Shown here: piece by piece, positions 9,308-22,338 of the stretch
How the letters are laid out: every line of letters begins with the position of its first letter
How positions within the stretch are numbered: position 1 is the first letter of the stretch
From: Azolla caroliniana
Taxonomy: Eukaryota; Plantae; Polypodiophyta
Direction of reading: 5' to 3'
NCBI GenBank assembly: GCA_043228905.1
Contig: JBHGNT010000022.1
Location: forward strand, 11,284,001 to 11,348,000
Length of the DNA stretch: 64,000 nt
Notes under the pieces: model-generated
What the model was told of the DNA's origin: nothing
The model's database searches: none
Seen by the model: only the letters and a program-made list of their open reading frames with translations
Position numbers and translations under genes: made by a program

Positions 9308-12300
9308 ATGCGAGTGATGTCATGGAATGTTCAGGGGTTAGGGGGCCCCCTATATAGACGATACAAGTATCGTCTCCGTCAAGAAATTAACAAATGCATA
9401 GTGGGTGGATCCCTCGACTTTCTTTTAATACAAGAACATCATTTAAATACTTTTAGAATTTCTCGGTATGGTTCTATTTTATCTGGAAATTGGGACATGT
9501 TTTGGTCCCCCGCGATAGGCAACACGGAAGTCCGTGGTGGGGTTTGTATGGCTATTTCTCAGAGGTGGATTCCATCCATTATACAAAAACAAGTGATCAT
9601 TCTTGGAAGGGCTCAATATGTTATTATGCAAGAGGGGGAGATTATATGGGGACTCTTGAATATATATGCTCCTAATACTGCTTCTGCTAGGCAACAATTT
9701 TGGAAAGACTTATTAGAGCATCTGCCTCCCCTTGATCATTGGTGTATCGCTGGTGACTTCAATATGCTTGAGGACCCCATTGATAGAATGGGAGGTAGCT
9801 CAACTACGATACATGGCCATGAATTAGCAATGTGGGAACAATTGGTGTTCTCCTTACAAATTTTAGATGCTTGGCATGCTCCTTCGATGGTTCATACAAA
9901 TACCTCTCTTTTATTTTCAAGATCAGATAGACGTGTAAATGGTACTAACTTAGCTCGATTGGATAGATTCTATGTATCTGGCAAATTTATTTCAGCAACT
10001 GGTACAATACATATAATGCCAGGGACTACCTTCTCTGATCATGCTCCAGTGATTCTTTCAATATCAACCCAAAACCTTAAAGAATTCTCCAATATGAAGA
10101 TTCCTGAAAATCTGCTGTTAGACAATAGCTTTTCCTTACAAGTGGCTCAATTATGGTCACAAAAGGATGTTGTACAGGAATCAATGGCGGTGCGGGTAGC
10201 TAATGGCTTACGATGTATTTCAGAATTTTTTAGGGGTAAATCTAAGGAGAGGTTCTCTATGATCCAAGAAAAGGAGAAACGGTCTCGTACTTCTCTTGTT
10301 TCTCTACAACGATTACAAGAACGTTATCCACACTGTACTTGGATTGCTGAGAAAATTGGGTCAGCAAAACAAGAACTTGCTGTACTATTAGAAAAGCGTG
10401 CAGAATTTCAATACCATAATAGGGCATCTAATTGGACCCAAATGGGTGATAAATGTACAGCTGAATTTTTTCATGCAATGAGACCCAATCATAATGCGGT
10501 TTCAATCAAACAACTACAAGATGAGAATGGGACCATCTCATCTGACCCTAAAGTGATGAGAGAAATAGCCACACGATACTATTCCAGCCTACTATCAGCT
10601 ATTTCATTCTCCGATGAGGATTTAATAAGTCGGTCTTGTGTATGGAATAAAATGAGTTCAAGAATAACACAGGGTATGAATGTCGGTCTTCAAGACGTTC
10701 TTACTCATGAGGAATTGAGTGAAGCACTCCAAGCTTTGCCTAAGAATAGTTGTCCAAGTATGGATGGATTAACCCCATCATTTTTCATTAAATATTGGGA
10801 CTTGTTTAAATCAGATTTATGTACAGCATTCCAACAAATTCTTCGAGAGGGCACTATGCCTTCACATTTTACAGAAGGAATAATTTACCTTATCCCTAAA
10901 TCAGAAGGTCCTTCATTGGACATCAAGAAATGGCGCCCAATTACATTACTGAATACGGCGTATAAAATCCTAGCTAAAGCGCTTAGTATAAGACTTGGTA
11001 CTATAATGCCTATAGTTATACATCCGTCGCAAACAGGATTTATTCAGGAAAGGAGCATATTGGATAATGTGTATACATTTTGGGAATCTGCTGCCTTGGC
11101 AGCCAAATCTAATCAAGAGTTGGCCATTGTTATGCTTGATTTTGAGAAAGCTTATGACCGTGTTGACTGGGAATTTTTACAAGGTGTACTGGCTCGTTTT
11201 GGTTTCTCGAAAGAATGGATAAAAGGTATTTCTTCATTATATAATTCGGCACAAAGCAGAGTCTTACTGGTTGGGAATTATGGACCTTTGTTTACTATTT
11301 CTCGATCAGTTCGACAGGGTTGTCCTTTAGCTCCTTTCTTGTTTCTGTTTTTTGCTGAGGCAATGATTTCCTTTTTGAATGCTGGTGATATTGGTATACG
11401 CGGAATACGCATCCCATTCTCACATATAGAAGTAAGGGACGCTGAATTTGCAGATGACACTGCCCTATATTTAAAAGGTGATTTGGAAAATCTGCAGAAA
11501 ACAGAATTGGCCATATCCACATTTTGTAAGGCTTCGGGTGCACTAGTTAATTGGAACAAGTCCTTTGCATTTTGGGTGGGGGATGTAGAGCCTCCTCTAT
11601 GGAGTCCACACCCGCAATTTCGATGGATACCATCAGGTTGTCCAGTTCGATACTTAGGGTGTACGATAGGTATTGATCTTTCAATGGAAAATCAAGTGGC
11701 ACCCCTCCTATTGTCACTGCGGAAAAAGTTGTTGTTATGGAGTTCAGCCAAGCTATCTTTTGCTGGTCGGATTGTAGTGGCTAATCAGGTTTTATTGGCT
11801 TCAACATGGTATGTTTTGTCATGTTGGATATTCTCCAAGTCATGTATTCTGAAAATACGTAGATTGGTTCGTAACTTCTTGTGGTCCGGTAAAACAGAAG
11901 GCAATGCTCGGTCCAAAGTGAAATGGGATGTTATTACCTTACCTCGCTCTAAAGGAGGATTAGGTATTATTGATCCAGTGGACCAATCAAGAGCATTGTT
12001 AAGTAAGTTGCTCGTTAGAGGATTTATGCCGGGGCAAGAGATATGGAAAGTATTATTGCTTGACCGTTGCTCAGATTGCTTTCCTCGCTTAGGTGCTCCC
12101 TGGTCGAAGGATGTGAATTGGATATTTAGGGAAAATTTCCGAGTACCTTCAGCCACTAGATGGGAAGACAAATTTATTAGGACATTATTTGCAGCATGGA
12201 AACAAGTACTACCTGGTTTGCTTCGCAATAAACCGAACCCCAAACATTATCTTGAGTATCTCAGACAAAAGATAGTTTGGAACCCGTTGTTTACAACATC

Positions 12301-13651
12301 AGATGGTTTTGTGTTGGGTTCTAGACAATGGTTATCGTGGGGAAAAATGACAGAAGGTCCCGCGAAAACAGTTCAGACTTGGAAAGAATTTTTATCGCGA
12401 TCGTTGGAAGAACAAAAAGAAATCTTACGTAATATGCATGGCGGACATATAATGTACCAACAAATTCAAGAAGCTATGAGTAGACAACCCATACCACCCA
12501 ATAACACTAACCATAGATGGATTGGGGTTTTTTCAAGATTGGAAGTACTCTTGGCTGTTAAGGGTTATTCAAATGATAAGACATACCGGTTGTTTGAGGT
12601 GGATGAAACAAATCAATTGTCTCAGTCCGGGGAAATGGTGATAGATTACCCCTATGCCATTGAGCACAAGATAAGGATAATTGGATATGCCGATTGTAAA
12701 TGGTATATTGATCCAATGATAGAGGAAATAAGGACACATTGGAAGCTGTGGGTGTTAGCTAAAAGACCGGTATTCAGATTAGATTGGGACCCAATTGACT
12801 ATCATTGGACAGATCCTTACACGGGTAACAAGTTCAATTTCTTCCAATATTCTGTACAGTTGGGAAGACATGTACTTTCAGATACACGTGATGTGGTACC
12901 AGCTGCATCTCAATATTGGAATCAACAAGGTATTACTCCCCAATTCCTTGCAAAATTCTGGGCTATCTTATGGGCAAGAAAACAGCAACACAAAATATTA
13001 CATGTACAGTGGTTAGTTGTACACAAGGCGTTGCCGGTTGGCACATGGTTGCATAGGATGGGAGTGTCTTCATGTTGTACTCGATGTCATTTACAAACGG
13101 AAACTCAAAAACATTGTTTATGGGAATGCATTGATTCTCAACAGATATGGCAACGGATCCTTAGAATTTTCGCTAATTATTTTCCCCCGTTGGTTCTCAC
13201 TTGGGGCATGGTCGTTTGGACATCACTTGCCCGTGATGTGTTCCATTATGGTATCGAATCTATGGACCATGGGTTTTACACTAAAAATGGAAGTGTTCGT
13301 ACATTATCACTGATGTCATTACAGTTTTCAGGAGTAAGGAAGGAAGTTCAGCCAATATGGGAGATATTGAGTAGTACCACTGTCTATCACATTTGGAAAG
13401 CTCGGTGTTCTCTCGTTTTCCATAATCTGAAAACACCACCTGCTGAAGTGATTTCAAATATTTGGTTAGAGATAGTTCATGCTTTGAAGGGTCAATGGGA
13501 TGGTATAGTGGGAGATTCTGATGCTAAAATTGCTCAACGACATGAGTTTCTTATTATCTGGACAGCTACTCCATTTGTGACATCCAGGTACACTACTCCT
13601 TATTGGCATTTTCAGCCACCGAAATGGTTGTTTCCCTCGCCGATTACATAG
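9308..13651 (+). CDS. L1 ORF2p (APE endonuclease, reverse transcriptase, zf-RVT)
   Basis: 1447 aa; SWNVQG, NIYAP, GDFN, RLDRFY, SDH; WRPITLLN, LDFEKAYDRV, RQGCPLAP, FADD; CTRC...HCLWEC. Confidence 0.97.
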   Translation: MRVMSWNVQGLGGPLYRRYKYRLRQEINKCIVGGSLDFLLIQEHHLNTFRISRYGSILSGNWDMFWSPAIGNTEVRGGVCMAISQRWIPSIIQKQVIILGRAQYVIMQEGEIIWGLLNIYAPNTASARQQFWKDLLEHLPPLDHWCIAGDFNMLEDPIDRMGGSSTTIHGHELAMWEQLVFSLQILDAWHAPSMVHTNTSLLFSRSDRRVNGTNLARLDRFYVSGKFISATGTIHIMPGTTFSDHAPVILSISTQNLKEFSNMKIPENLLLDNSFSLQVAQLWSQKDVVQESMAVRVANGLRCISEFFRGKSKERFSMIQEKEKRSRTSLVSLQRLQERYPHCTWIAEKIGSAKQELAVLLEKRAEFQYHNRASNWTQMGDKCTAEFFHAMRPNHNAVSIKQLQDENGTISSDPKVMREIATRYYSSLLSAISFSDEDLISRSCVWNKMSSRITQGMNVGLQDVLTHEELSEALQALPKNSCPSMDGLTPSFFIKYWDLFKSDLCTAFQQILREGTMPSHFTEGIIYLIPKSEGPSLDIKKWRPITLLNTAYKILAKALSIRLGTIMPIVIHPSQTGFIQERSILDNVYTFWESAALAAKSNQELAIVMLDFEKAYDRVDWEFLQGVLARFGFSKEWIKGISSLYNSAQSRVLLVGNYGPLFTISRSVRQGCPLAPFLFLFFAEAMISFLNAGDIGIRGIRIPFSHIEVRDAEFADDTALYLKGDLENLQKTELAISTFCKASGALVNWNKSFAFWVGDVEPPLWSPHPQFRWIPSGCPVRYLGCTIGIDLSMENQVAPLLLSLRKKLLLWSSAKLSFAGRIVVANQVLLASTWYVLSCWIFSKSCILKIRRLVRNFLWSGKTEGNARSKVKWDVITLPRSKGGLGIIDPVDQSRALLSKLLVRGFMPGQEIWKVLLLDRCSDCFPRLGAPWSKDVNWIFRENFRVPSATRWEDKFIRTLFAAWKQVLPGLLRNKPNPKHYLEYLRQKIVWNPLFTTSDGFVLGSRQWLSWGKMTEGPAKTVQTWKEFLSRSLEEQKEILRNMHGGHIMYQQIQEAMSRQPIPPNNTNHRWIGVFSRLEVLLAVKGYSNDKTYRLFEVDETNQLSQSGEMVIDYPYAIEHKIRIIGYADCKWYIDPMIEEIRTHWKLWVLAKRPVFRLDWDPIDYHWTDPYTGNKFNFFQYSVQLGRHVLSDTRDVVPAASQYWNQQGITPQFLAKFWAILWARKQQHKILHVQWLVVHKALPVGTWLHRMGVSSCCTRCHLQTETQKHCLWECIDSQQIWQRILRIFANYFPPLVLTWGMVVWTSLARDVFHYGIESMDHGFYTKNGSVRTLSLMSLQFSGVRKEVQPIWEILSSTTVYHIWKARCSLVFHNLKTPPAEVISNIWLEIVHALKGQWDGIVGDSDAKIAQRHEFLIIWTATPFVTSRYTTPYWHFQPPKWLFPSPIT

Positions 13652-13696
13652 AGGTTTAAAATCTTGTAATTTGTTTATACTAATGACAAGATATCT

Positions 13697-13727
<31 letters not shown>

Positions 13728-13799
13728 CATCTTAAAAATTTTAAAAGTTTTAAAAAATGAAATATTATAAATTTTTAAAAATTAAAAATTTGACCTATG

Positions 13800-13975
13800 T
13801 TGAAAATCGAAACCGAACCACGAAACTGTGGTTTTTACGGTTTAACAGATTGAAAAAGGGTTAACGGTTCGGTTTAACAGTTTCACGGTTCATTTCGGTT
13901 TAGGTTTCAAAATTTTTAAATGGTTCGGTTTGGACCCTCTCAAACCGAACCGAACCGAACCGTTGCCGATTGTTA
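13800..13975. mobile_element. AACCG/CGGTT-rich MITE-like end; its other part (~7186-7293) lies left of the L1 insertion
   Basis: Dense aaaccgaaccg and cggttcggttt motifs; a related aaaaccgcggtttaacggttt stretch sits just before the L1 TSD. Confidence 0.5.
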
Positions 13976-14267
13976 ATTGTCGCAAAGCTAGGGTGTACAT
14001 AAACATAATGTGTGTGTGTGTGAGCAAGTTTCTTGACTCTGAAACAATGGGGAGTTTGTTCAGGCAGCGAGGGGAGGAGCAGACTCGATTTGGCACCCGA
14101 TCTGGACTTCTCTAGCAGAATGGGCGGGCAAGCATTCAAGGGGTCATCACGAGTTGTATGTTGATGTCAGATGTTCGAAACCAAATGATTTCTCTCTCTC
14201 TCTCTCTCTCTCTCTTACACACACACACATTCATTCACTCTCACTCATTTAGTGTGCATGTGATATA

Positions 14268-14600
14268 TGGATGCATTGTATGTATGTATGTATGTTGTAT
14301 GTATGTATGTATATGATGCATGTATGTATGTATGTATGTGATGTATGTATGTATGTATATATGTAGGTATGTGATGTATGTATATATGTAGGTATGTGAT
14401 GTATGTATGTATGTAGGTATGTGATGTATGTATGTATGTAGGTATGTGATGTATGTATATATGTAGGTATGTGATGTATGTATGTATGTATGTAGGTATG
14501 TGATGTATGTATGTATGTAGGTATGTATGTATGTATGTTCATGTATGTATGTATGTATGTATGTATGTATGTATGTATGTATGTATGTATGTATGTATGT
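14268..14600. repeat. (TATG)n compound microsatellite
   Basis: Direct inspection; includes higher-order tatgtaggtatgtgatg units. Confidence 0.95.
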
Positions 14601-14608
14601 AGATGGTT

Positions 14609-14732
14609 TAGGGTTTGAGCAGCAGAATATTATCATCTTTCTTCTTCACGTTTCTCCTCTCCTCCTTCTGTCAGAAACCCCTTCTCTCAGAATTGGGTTT
14701 AGGGTTTCCGACAGTCTGTAGGTTTAGGGTTT
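14609..14732 (+). promoter_or_regulatory. Telo-box motifs (TAGGGTTT) upstream of the RH7 gene
   Basis: tagggttt at about 14609, 14700 and 14725. Telo-boxes are characteristic of plant ribosome-biogenesis gene promoters. Confidence 0.5.
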
Positions 14733-14877
14733 CCGACAGTCTGTCTGTCTGTCTGTCTGTCTGTCAGTCAGTCAAGTGATATAGACACACCTCTGTCTCT
14801 GTCTCTCTCTGTCTCGCTCTCTTGTCTGGAACGCTCCTTCTTGCTTAAGATCCCCCTGTTTCAAGCAAGACCTCGAT

Positions 14878-17800
14878 ATGCCTGGACCCGAGACAGTGAA
14901 GCAGATGAAGGCTTCTTCTGACGATCTCTCCAACCTTCATACATCGCCTTCCCTGGACCTCAAGCAAATCAAGAAGAAGAAGAAGAAGCAACAGCAGGAA
15001 GAAGAAAATGGCGTTGAATTATCTTCACCCGTGCAGATTGACATTTCGCCGATGAGCGAGAAGAAGACGAAGAAGAAGAATCTAAAGAAGGATAAGTCTG
15101 ATGATTCAGACGGGAGCGATGAGCAAGAAGTGAAGAAGAAGAAGAAGAAAGAGAAGAAGGCAAAGAAAGAAAAATCTGAAACGAGACAGGATTCATCAGA
15201 GAGCGATGTGGAAGAAGAAACACCTAAGAACAAGGAGAAGAAAGAGAAAAGCTTGAAAAGGAAAGCTGAAGATTCGCCTGTTTCTGCCAGAGAAGCGAAG
15301 AAAACTTCCGTGGTGAAGAAGGCTGAGGTCGCCCAGAGCGAGGGTGAAGAAGGGAGCGAGATTCTGAATCCGTATTCTGTTTGCAATTTCAGAGTCTCAG
15401 AGCCATTGAAGCTAAAGCTCAAAGCTAAAGGAATTGAGGCTCTCTTTGCAATTCAAGCTCTCACCTTTGATGGCATATTTGAAGGGAAAGATCTTGTCGG
15501 CCGAGCTCGGACTGGACAGGTGTGTTTAGTTTTTTTTTCCATCTCTATAATCCCAGTTTCTGAACATTCATAATAGATCTACATTGTGAAGTCATTCACA
15601 TTCAATAGATATGAACGTACTCCACCTTTGGTGATATTGTTTCATTTATGTATATCAACACGCATATGCAGAAAAGAATAACTTTTAGCTAATCAATGTG
15701 AATACCTACATACAACGTTTCTTAAATTGAGGTTATATTCTTGCATATTAATCACTTGACATGAGCATTTTACATTTAAGGTGTGTGAGCATTGCATTTT
15801 ATAGGGCTATGTGATCTTTTAAGTGATTAATTTTGGAGACCTGTTTATAGGACTATGCTATCATTTCAGTGATTTGTTGAGGAGAAAATCATTAGCTTAC
15901 TGTATGTGCACTGATATCGAAGAAACAACTAATCTCTACTACTATACCATCAATTTACATGATTCTTTGGACTTGTAGTTTCTAATGGAGATATGAAGGC
16001 AATGCTTTCACATTGTGCACTAGGCATATCATGCATTGGCAAATCGCATGTAGAATTGATAGGGGTGATGTTCCGCAGTTGCTTATAAAGAAGGATTCAA
16101 AATTGTTACCTTTTATTGAACTACTTCTACATACATGCCAGTGGTTTTGAAAGTTTTCTTTTATTCGTTTACCATAAGTTGGCAAAACTACTTAAAACAG
16201 ATTTTCTGTTAATTGCCTCATGCAAATGGGAGTGCTTTATTATTAATTGTGGTGCGGACTAGATATTTTATGCAGCCGTATTTGGTACTTTGACACGTAT
16301 ATAGGTACTGGTAGCATAATCCATTTCTGAATGTAAAGATCTCATTGTGTAGTTTTGCTCTTTTAGAAAATATGCTAATCTGTTGGACCTGACACTACGG
16401 GATTTTACAGGGCAAAACGTTGGCGTTTGTGCTTCCTATCCTTGAATCATTAAGCTTAAATGAGAGCTTCAGGTCTACAAACAAACAGTATGGTAGAGCT
16501 CCTAGTGTTGTTGTGCTTGTGCCAACACGAGAGCTTGCTAAACAGGTGAGAATGGTGTCTCTTTGTTGGTGTGAATAATATATACTCAGTTTTGGCATTA
16601 ATAGTTCTCTACCACGCGTGAATTGTTTTAGGTGCATGCTGATTTTGAGTACTATGGAAGTGCCTTTGGTCTGAGCACAGTTTGTGTATATGGTGGTGCA
16701 CCATATGGGCCACAACAAAGTGCAATGCGTAGAGGAGTAGATGTTGTGGTGGGCACGCCTGGTCGTGTCAAGGTGATTTTGTGTTTAATTAATTGTCTAT
16801 ACAAGGATCAAGAATCATATATAAATTATTTTTCTGAAAACTCTTCTTTCTTTTAAAGGATCACTTAGAGAGGGGGAGCTTGAATTTGAAATCTTTGAAA
16901 TTTCGAGTGCTTGATGAGGCCGATGAAATGCTTAACATGGGCTTTGTTGATGATGTAGAGACAATCCTTGGTAAGTTTTTTTTTTCGTATGATTCTATAC
17001 CAGAAACATTTGTACTGAATAATGAAACCTTGTCCTTCCTTCGATAATGTTCAAATGAATAAACTACATTTTAAGGCTGGTTATAAATTATGAACTACAG
17101 CTATCCCTTCATTATGATGTGGGCACAATCCTCTCATGCGTGGCTTATTGTAACAAAGTTTTCCATGAACATGTTTAAGTTCGAGGTTCTCTTGTTTTTG
17201 GTTTTTGGTATACAAAGATATTATTCTAATTCTTGAATTATGAATATTCATGAGCTCTTTGTTTTTACGATATAACAGGTTATGGGGAGGCTACCTCTGC
17301 TGTTCAAACATTATTATTTAGTGCAACGATGCCCGATTGGGTGAAAAAAGTAAGCTTGAATGATAGCCTAGGGTATTTCTTTATAATCTATATTATGTTA
17401 CGATAGCTTAGGGCTAGAAAAGTAAGTTTGATCTATAGCTTAGGGATTTTTTTATAATTTCTTTTGTAAATAATATGGCTCATTTAGTGAAAAAGTTAAG
17501 TTTGAACAACACCTGAGGGATTCTCCTGTATATTTTCTTTCATCACCTTGTTAAGTATTTTTCTGTGTGTTTTATCAGATTGCATCAAGGTTCTTAAAAG
17601 AGTCAAAAGAGGTGGTAGATTTGGTGGGAGATGAGAAAATGAAAGCTAGTTCAAGTGTGCAGCACCTCCTACTTCCATGCATGAGAGGAGCTAGGTTTCA
17701 GCTTATTCCAGATGTGATAACATGCTACGGCAGGTGTGTTCTATCTCTGTAAAGTGGTGGAGATTATTCCCTTAGAAAACACTTGTTAGAGTTGAGTGAG

Positions 17801-20142
17801 TGGATCTATGTTCTGTATGAGTTTACTGACATTGTAATATTTCTCCAGCGGTGGTCGAACGATTGTTTTTACAGAGACCAAACATGAAGCTTCTGAACTA
17901 GCAGGGTTATTACCTAATGTGTCTCGTGCACTTCATGGAGACATTGCACAAGCACAGCGTGAGGTGATATAATTTATCCTCTTATGGCTCTTTCCAAATG
18001 TTTTAAGTTCAGCTTTTGTGTCTTCTAAGCAACTGTTTGATTACGATTAGGTCACTCTTGCTGGATTTCGCTCTGGAAAGTTTTCTGTTCTTGTAGCAAC
18101 TGATGTGGCTGCTCGTGGTTTGGACATTAATGATGTGCAGCTAGTAATTCAGGTAAAGTTTTATAGATTGTTCTATCTGTTCTCAAAGATGATGAGAAAT
18201 ACAAACTTCAGCTAAATTGAGTGTCTCTCTTGCATCACAGTGTGAGCCGCCAAGGGATGTCGAGACTTATATTCATCGTTCTGGCCGAACAGGAAGAGCG
18301 GGTAATGTTCATGGCATAAGTTTGAGTTCTTTGCTTGGCTATGTCAACATCATGAGCTGCATAACAGTCAAGTAGAAGAATTTTTTTGAAATATGAGCAG
18401 GAAGTTTTAAATGTTTCTTTGTGTGTCAATGACAGGTAAAACTGGTATCTCTGTACTCTTTTATGATCGATCCAAGGAGTATATGATACCCAACATTGAG
18501 CGCAAGGCTGGATTTAAATTCGAGAGAATATCTGCACCATGTCCTGCAGACCTTGCTAAGTCATCTTGTGCAAATGCTATCGAGAAGTTGATTGAGGTTT
18601 CAGACAGGTGAGTTTTACTCTTCATCTTCTTTATTTGTAAATTGCAAGTTGAGTCAAGTCTAAGTGTTTACATTTTTAATCATAACAATTCTAACGTTTT
18701 TATTATACGTCTCCAGTGTACTCCCTATATTTAAACCTGCAGCAGAAGAACTTTTACAGAGTAGTGATCTCTCTGCTGTAGAGCTCTTGGCCAAAGCGCT
18801 TGCGAGGATTGGGGTGAGTCTACATACGTAAGTCATATTTGATATGTTACATCACAAATCTATGTGCAATGTAATCAATGAGTTTTCTCTTGGAATTTTC
18901 AGGGCCATACTGACGTGAAGAAAAGATCGTTATTGACCAGTAATACAGATTTTGCTACCCTAATGCTCAAGTCTGGGAAACCATTCTATACAGCAACGTA
19001 TGCCACATACACTGTCATTACTTCTTCACAAAATATTTGATTGAAACTATTATATGGTTTAGAAGTCACATTTTTCATAATGGGAAACATTTCATGCACG
19101 CAGCTATGCATTCAATTGCTTGAAAAGACTTCTTCCCGAAGACACTGTGGAAAAGGTAAAAGGGATGTCAATAACAGCGGATGGCTTGGGTGCGGTTTTT
19201 GATGTTCCATCCGATTTGCTAAAGACATTTCTTGCAGGTATGGTTTTTAACTATGTGTATGTACGGACATTTCTGCAGATCTTACACTTTCACATATGTC
19301 TCTAGCCATCCTTTCATACATATCACCTACATTCACTATCTCACATGCCATGCATCCTATGGCTTGATGAAGTATTGTGAAACCACGTGTATTTAATTTT
19401 TTATGTCAATTTTGTTAATGTTGATTGTACTTGTTCTTTGAAATGAATTGTTATTTTGGATATTAACATTTTTGGATTTGGATCTCAGCTGATGGATCTC
19501 AGGATGGCATTAAAATAAGCCAGCCTGAGAGTCTTCCAGAACTATCTGTATGTACGGACATTTCTGCAGATCTTACACTTTCACATATGTCTCTAGCCAT
19601 CCTTTCATACATATCACCTACATTCACTATCTCACATGCCATGCATCCTATGGCTTGATGAAGTATTGTGAAACCACGTGTATTTAATTTTTTATGTCAA
19701 TTTTGTTAATGTTGATTGTACTTGTTCTTTGAAATGAATTGTTATTTTGGATATTAACATTTTTGGATTTGGATCTCAGCTGATGGATCTCAGGATGGCA
19801 TTAAAATAAGCCAGCCTGAGAGTCTTCCAGAACTCCAAATTAGAGCAGAACGCAGCGGGTTTGGACGAGGGTGAGTTGAATCTACCATCTATTCTTTGTT
19901 TTGAGCTTCTGATGCATTTTGGAGCCTTTGCATCATAAATCTTGAAACTATTGTGATGTTTGTGAATGCTTTGGTTTATTTAGTTTTTGTTCAATCCATT
20001 ACATGTTGGTGGATGTTGAAATAAATGGAATCGTTGCTTAAAGAGAATGATCTTCTACTTACACAGGAGTGGAGGCCGAGGAAATGGTCCACCGCATCGT
20101 TTTGGTCGTGGTGGTGGTGGAAATAGAGGGAGACGATACTAG
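14878..20142 (+). CDS. RH7: DEAD-box ATP-dependent RNA helicase 7 (DDX21/RH7-type, GUCT domain, RGG tail), 15 exons
   Basis: Lys/Glu-rich N-terminus; [56 protein letters not shown]. Exons: 14878-15519, 16411-16545, 16632-16772, 16859-16970, 17279-17349, 17579-17733, 17849-17963, 18051-18152, 18241-18301, 18436-18607, 18717-18813, 18903-18997, 19104-19237, 19780-19870, 20067-20142. Confidence 0.93.
19249..19834. repeat. 291-bp near-perfect tandem duplication spanning an RH7 acceptor site
   Basis: 19249-19539 is repeated at 19540-19830, with aact microhomology at the junction. Confidence 0.95.
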
Positions 20143-22338
20143 TATAGATAGGTCCAATAGAGGGTTCGGCAGAGGGATCAGATCATGTAAAATTTGTAAT
20201 CTCCTTGCATTCTTTGTAATGCAATTGATTTTCAAATAATATTAGTAATATTTTTAGATCCTTATTGGAAGGATTCATATATATATATATATATAGGGTG
20301 ATTAAGATTGGCAGAATACAGTTGCCATAAATTTTGACTGATAGTAACAACAAGAATATCTTGTTGAGAAATTGAGTTTTCATGTATGATGTCAGTTTTC
20401 CTTGAAGACATTCGTGCGGCAAAGCTTGAGCATCCTATTTGTAATATTGCAAATGCACTTGGGACATTCAGCTGTATTTACAATCTGAGTATGGTTAATG
20501 AAGTGGTAATGAATTGCCTTTGCGAATGTGCTTTTTTTGTGTGCTTGGTGTGTTCATTCATATGTTCATCTTGTGACTGATGTATGACTTGGTGGTAACT
20601 ATGAGATCCTGAAAAGTTTAACATATCTTACACCTTATGAGGACTTGAAGAGAGTGGGAAATGAAGTTTTATTGTCTTCAGAAGTCCAGAAGAAACTAAC
20701 TGTTACTAAAAGAAGTTTTTAAATGGGCATAGGTTGCTACTTAAGAACACTATAGAAGGAACTAGCTATTACTAGAAAGTTGGGAAGGAAATAAGTTTTA
20801 AGCGACATAGGTTGCAACTCAAAAGAACATTAGAGGAGGGAGAGAGAGACAGGATATGCTTAATTGTTTTTGAAGTCCTGAAGGAAAACATGTGTAACAA
20901 GAGGCAGAGCTTGGTTAGTACAACTTGTAGGTGGCAGTATGTTTATTTTCTTCCTTGGCTTCACAGAATGAATGTTGTGGAGTTCTCTATGGTTCATGTG
21001 CTCTAGATTCCTTGTTTACCAAAAAAAATTTGTTCTCTCTTTCTATGCAAACTTAGTTAGGAGATTTTGTGAACCCTCTTTGGTAGCCCCAAATGATAAA
21101 GGTGGGGGAACATGAAAATTCATAACTTTGGAATTGAAGCTGTTATCTTTTCTCCGGAGACGAATATAACCCCCAAAAGGGTAGTGCCCTAAAGCTCCCT
21201 AATTGTGTGGTCAAGCAATTTTTTCAACCTTCTACATTTCACTTTACACGCAACTTTATTTAGTTTTGTTGGTCAAAAGCTTTCACACATTATGCACATT
21301 TATGCCATTGGGTTCTTGGATGGTAGGGTTTGATGTAAAAATGCAATTATCACTCCAATAGGTGTTCAGTATTCATGAAATACAGTTGACCATGAGTAAT
21401 TTTTTAGATGAGTCGTTATAGAGTGCTGAAGCATGTATGAATGAATGGATCTTTAATTGCTTCCATGAATAACCAAGTTGAGTTATTATCATGTAGTGTC
21501 TCCATCTTCCTCACAAAATTACTTCTTTACAAGATGACACTCCCTCATTTCACAAAATGCTGCTACTTGTCATCACAATCTTCAAATGAGAATATTGTAT
21601 AATAGGTTTTCGGATCTCACTAAAATCAATGTAATCAATTTCACATTGAGTTCATATAGAGGCATGCACATCCATGTGTATGTGCATACATACAAACAAA
21701 CAAACATATTAAGTCAAGATATATGAATACATTTGGAATAAGAAGCAATGCAATACAATGTGTTGTGCGCAGATTTGTGAAATTCAAACTCATGTTTTTG
21801 GAATTCATGTATATGTTATTTGATTACCAATTAGATGTTCAAAGAGGGTATAAACTTCAACATAAACGCCTTTTTAAAAAGTAAGACCGTTCCCAAAAGT
21901 TTGGTATAAACCTTCCCTCTTGAAACACATATAAACAAGCGACGAATTTTAATATGATATATTATCTCTAAGTATAAAGAGTTGTTTATTCATGGAAGCA
22001 TAAAGATTTAGATTCTCAGATATATTCTTCCTTTTTTGTTGAAAAAAAATGCAAGACAAATACGTGGATGCAATGCTATGTACAAGTTAGTATATTTTAG
22101 AATATTGAATTGAGAACAAATTCCTACCACATTTATATAACTACGATACGATAATGACTCGTTGTAGGTTATTAATTAAATATAGGAGAAAGAAACCTTA
22201 GTAAGTCAACATTAGCACATGACATATTGGGCTAACTATCGAGAATATGGCGCAATTTAAGAAACATGGGTCCAATGCATATATGTAGGGTGAAAAATGA
22301 AAGGGAGGAATAATTTATTAGGAAACAAGTGTTTTGAC

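Larger units (their letters stand above)
7312..13725 (+). mobile_element. Full-length intact L1-clade LINE
   Basis: Two uninterrupted ORFs, a poly(A) tail at 13702-13727 and a perfect 18-bp TSD aacatcttaaaaatttta (7294-7311 and 13726-13743). Confidence 0.96.

Noticed and set aside
14241-14721. His/Thr/Tyr/Ile-rich ORFs (also at 55863-56157 and 58540-58954)
   Set aside because: Translations of TATG/CATAC microsatellites.
14937-15422. Phe/Ser-rich 161-aa minus-strand ORF
   Set aside because: Antisense shadow of the Lys/Glu-rich RH7 exon 1.
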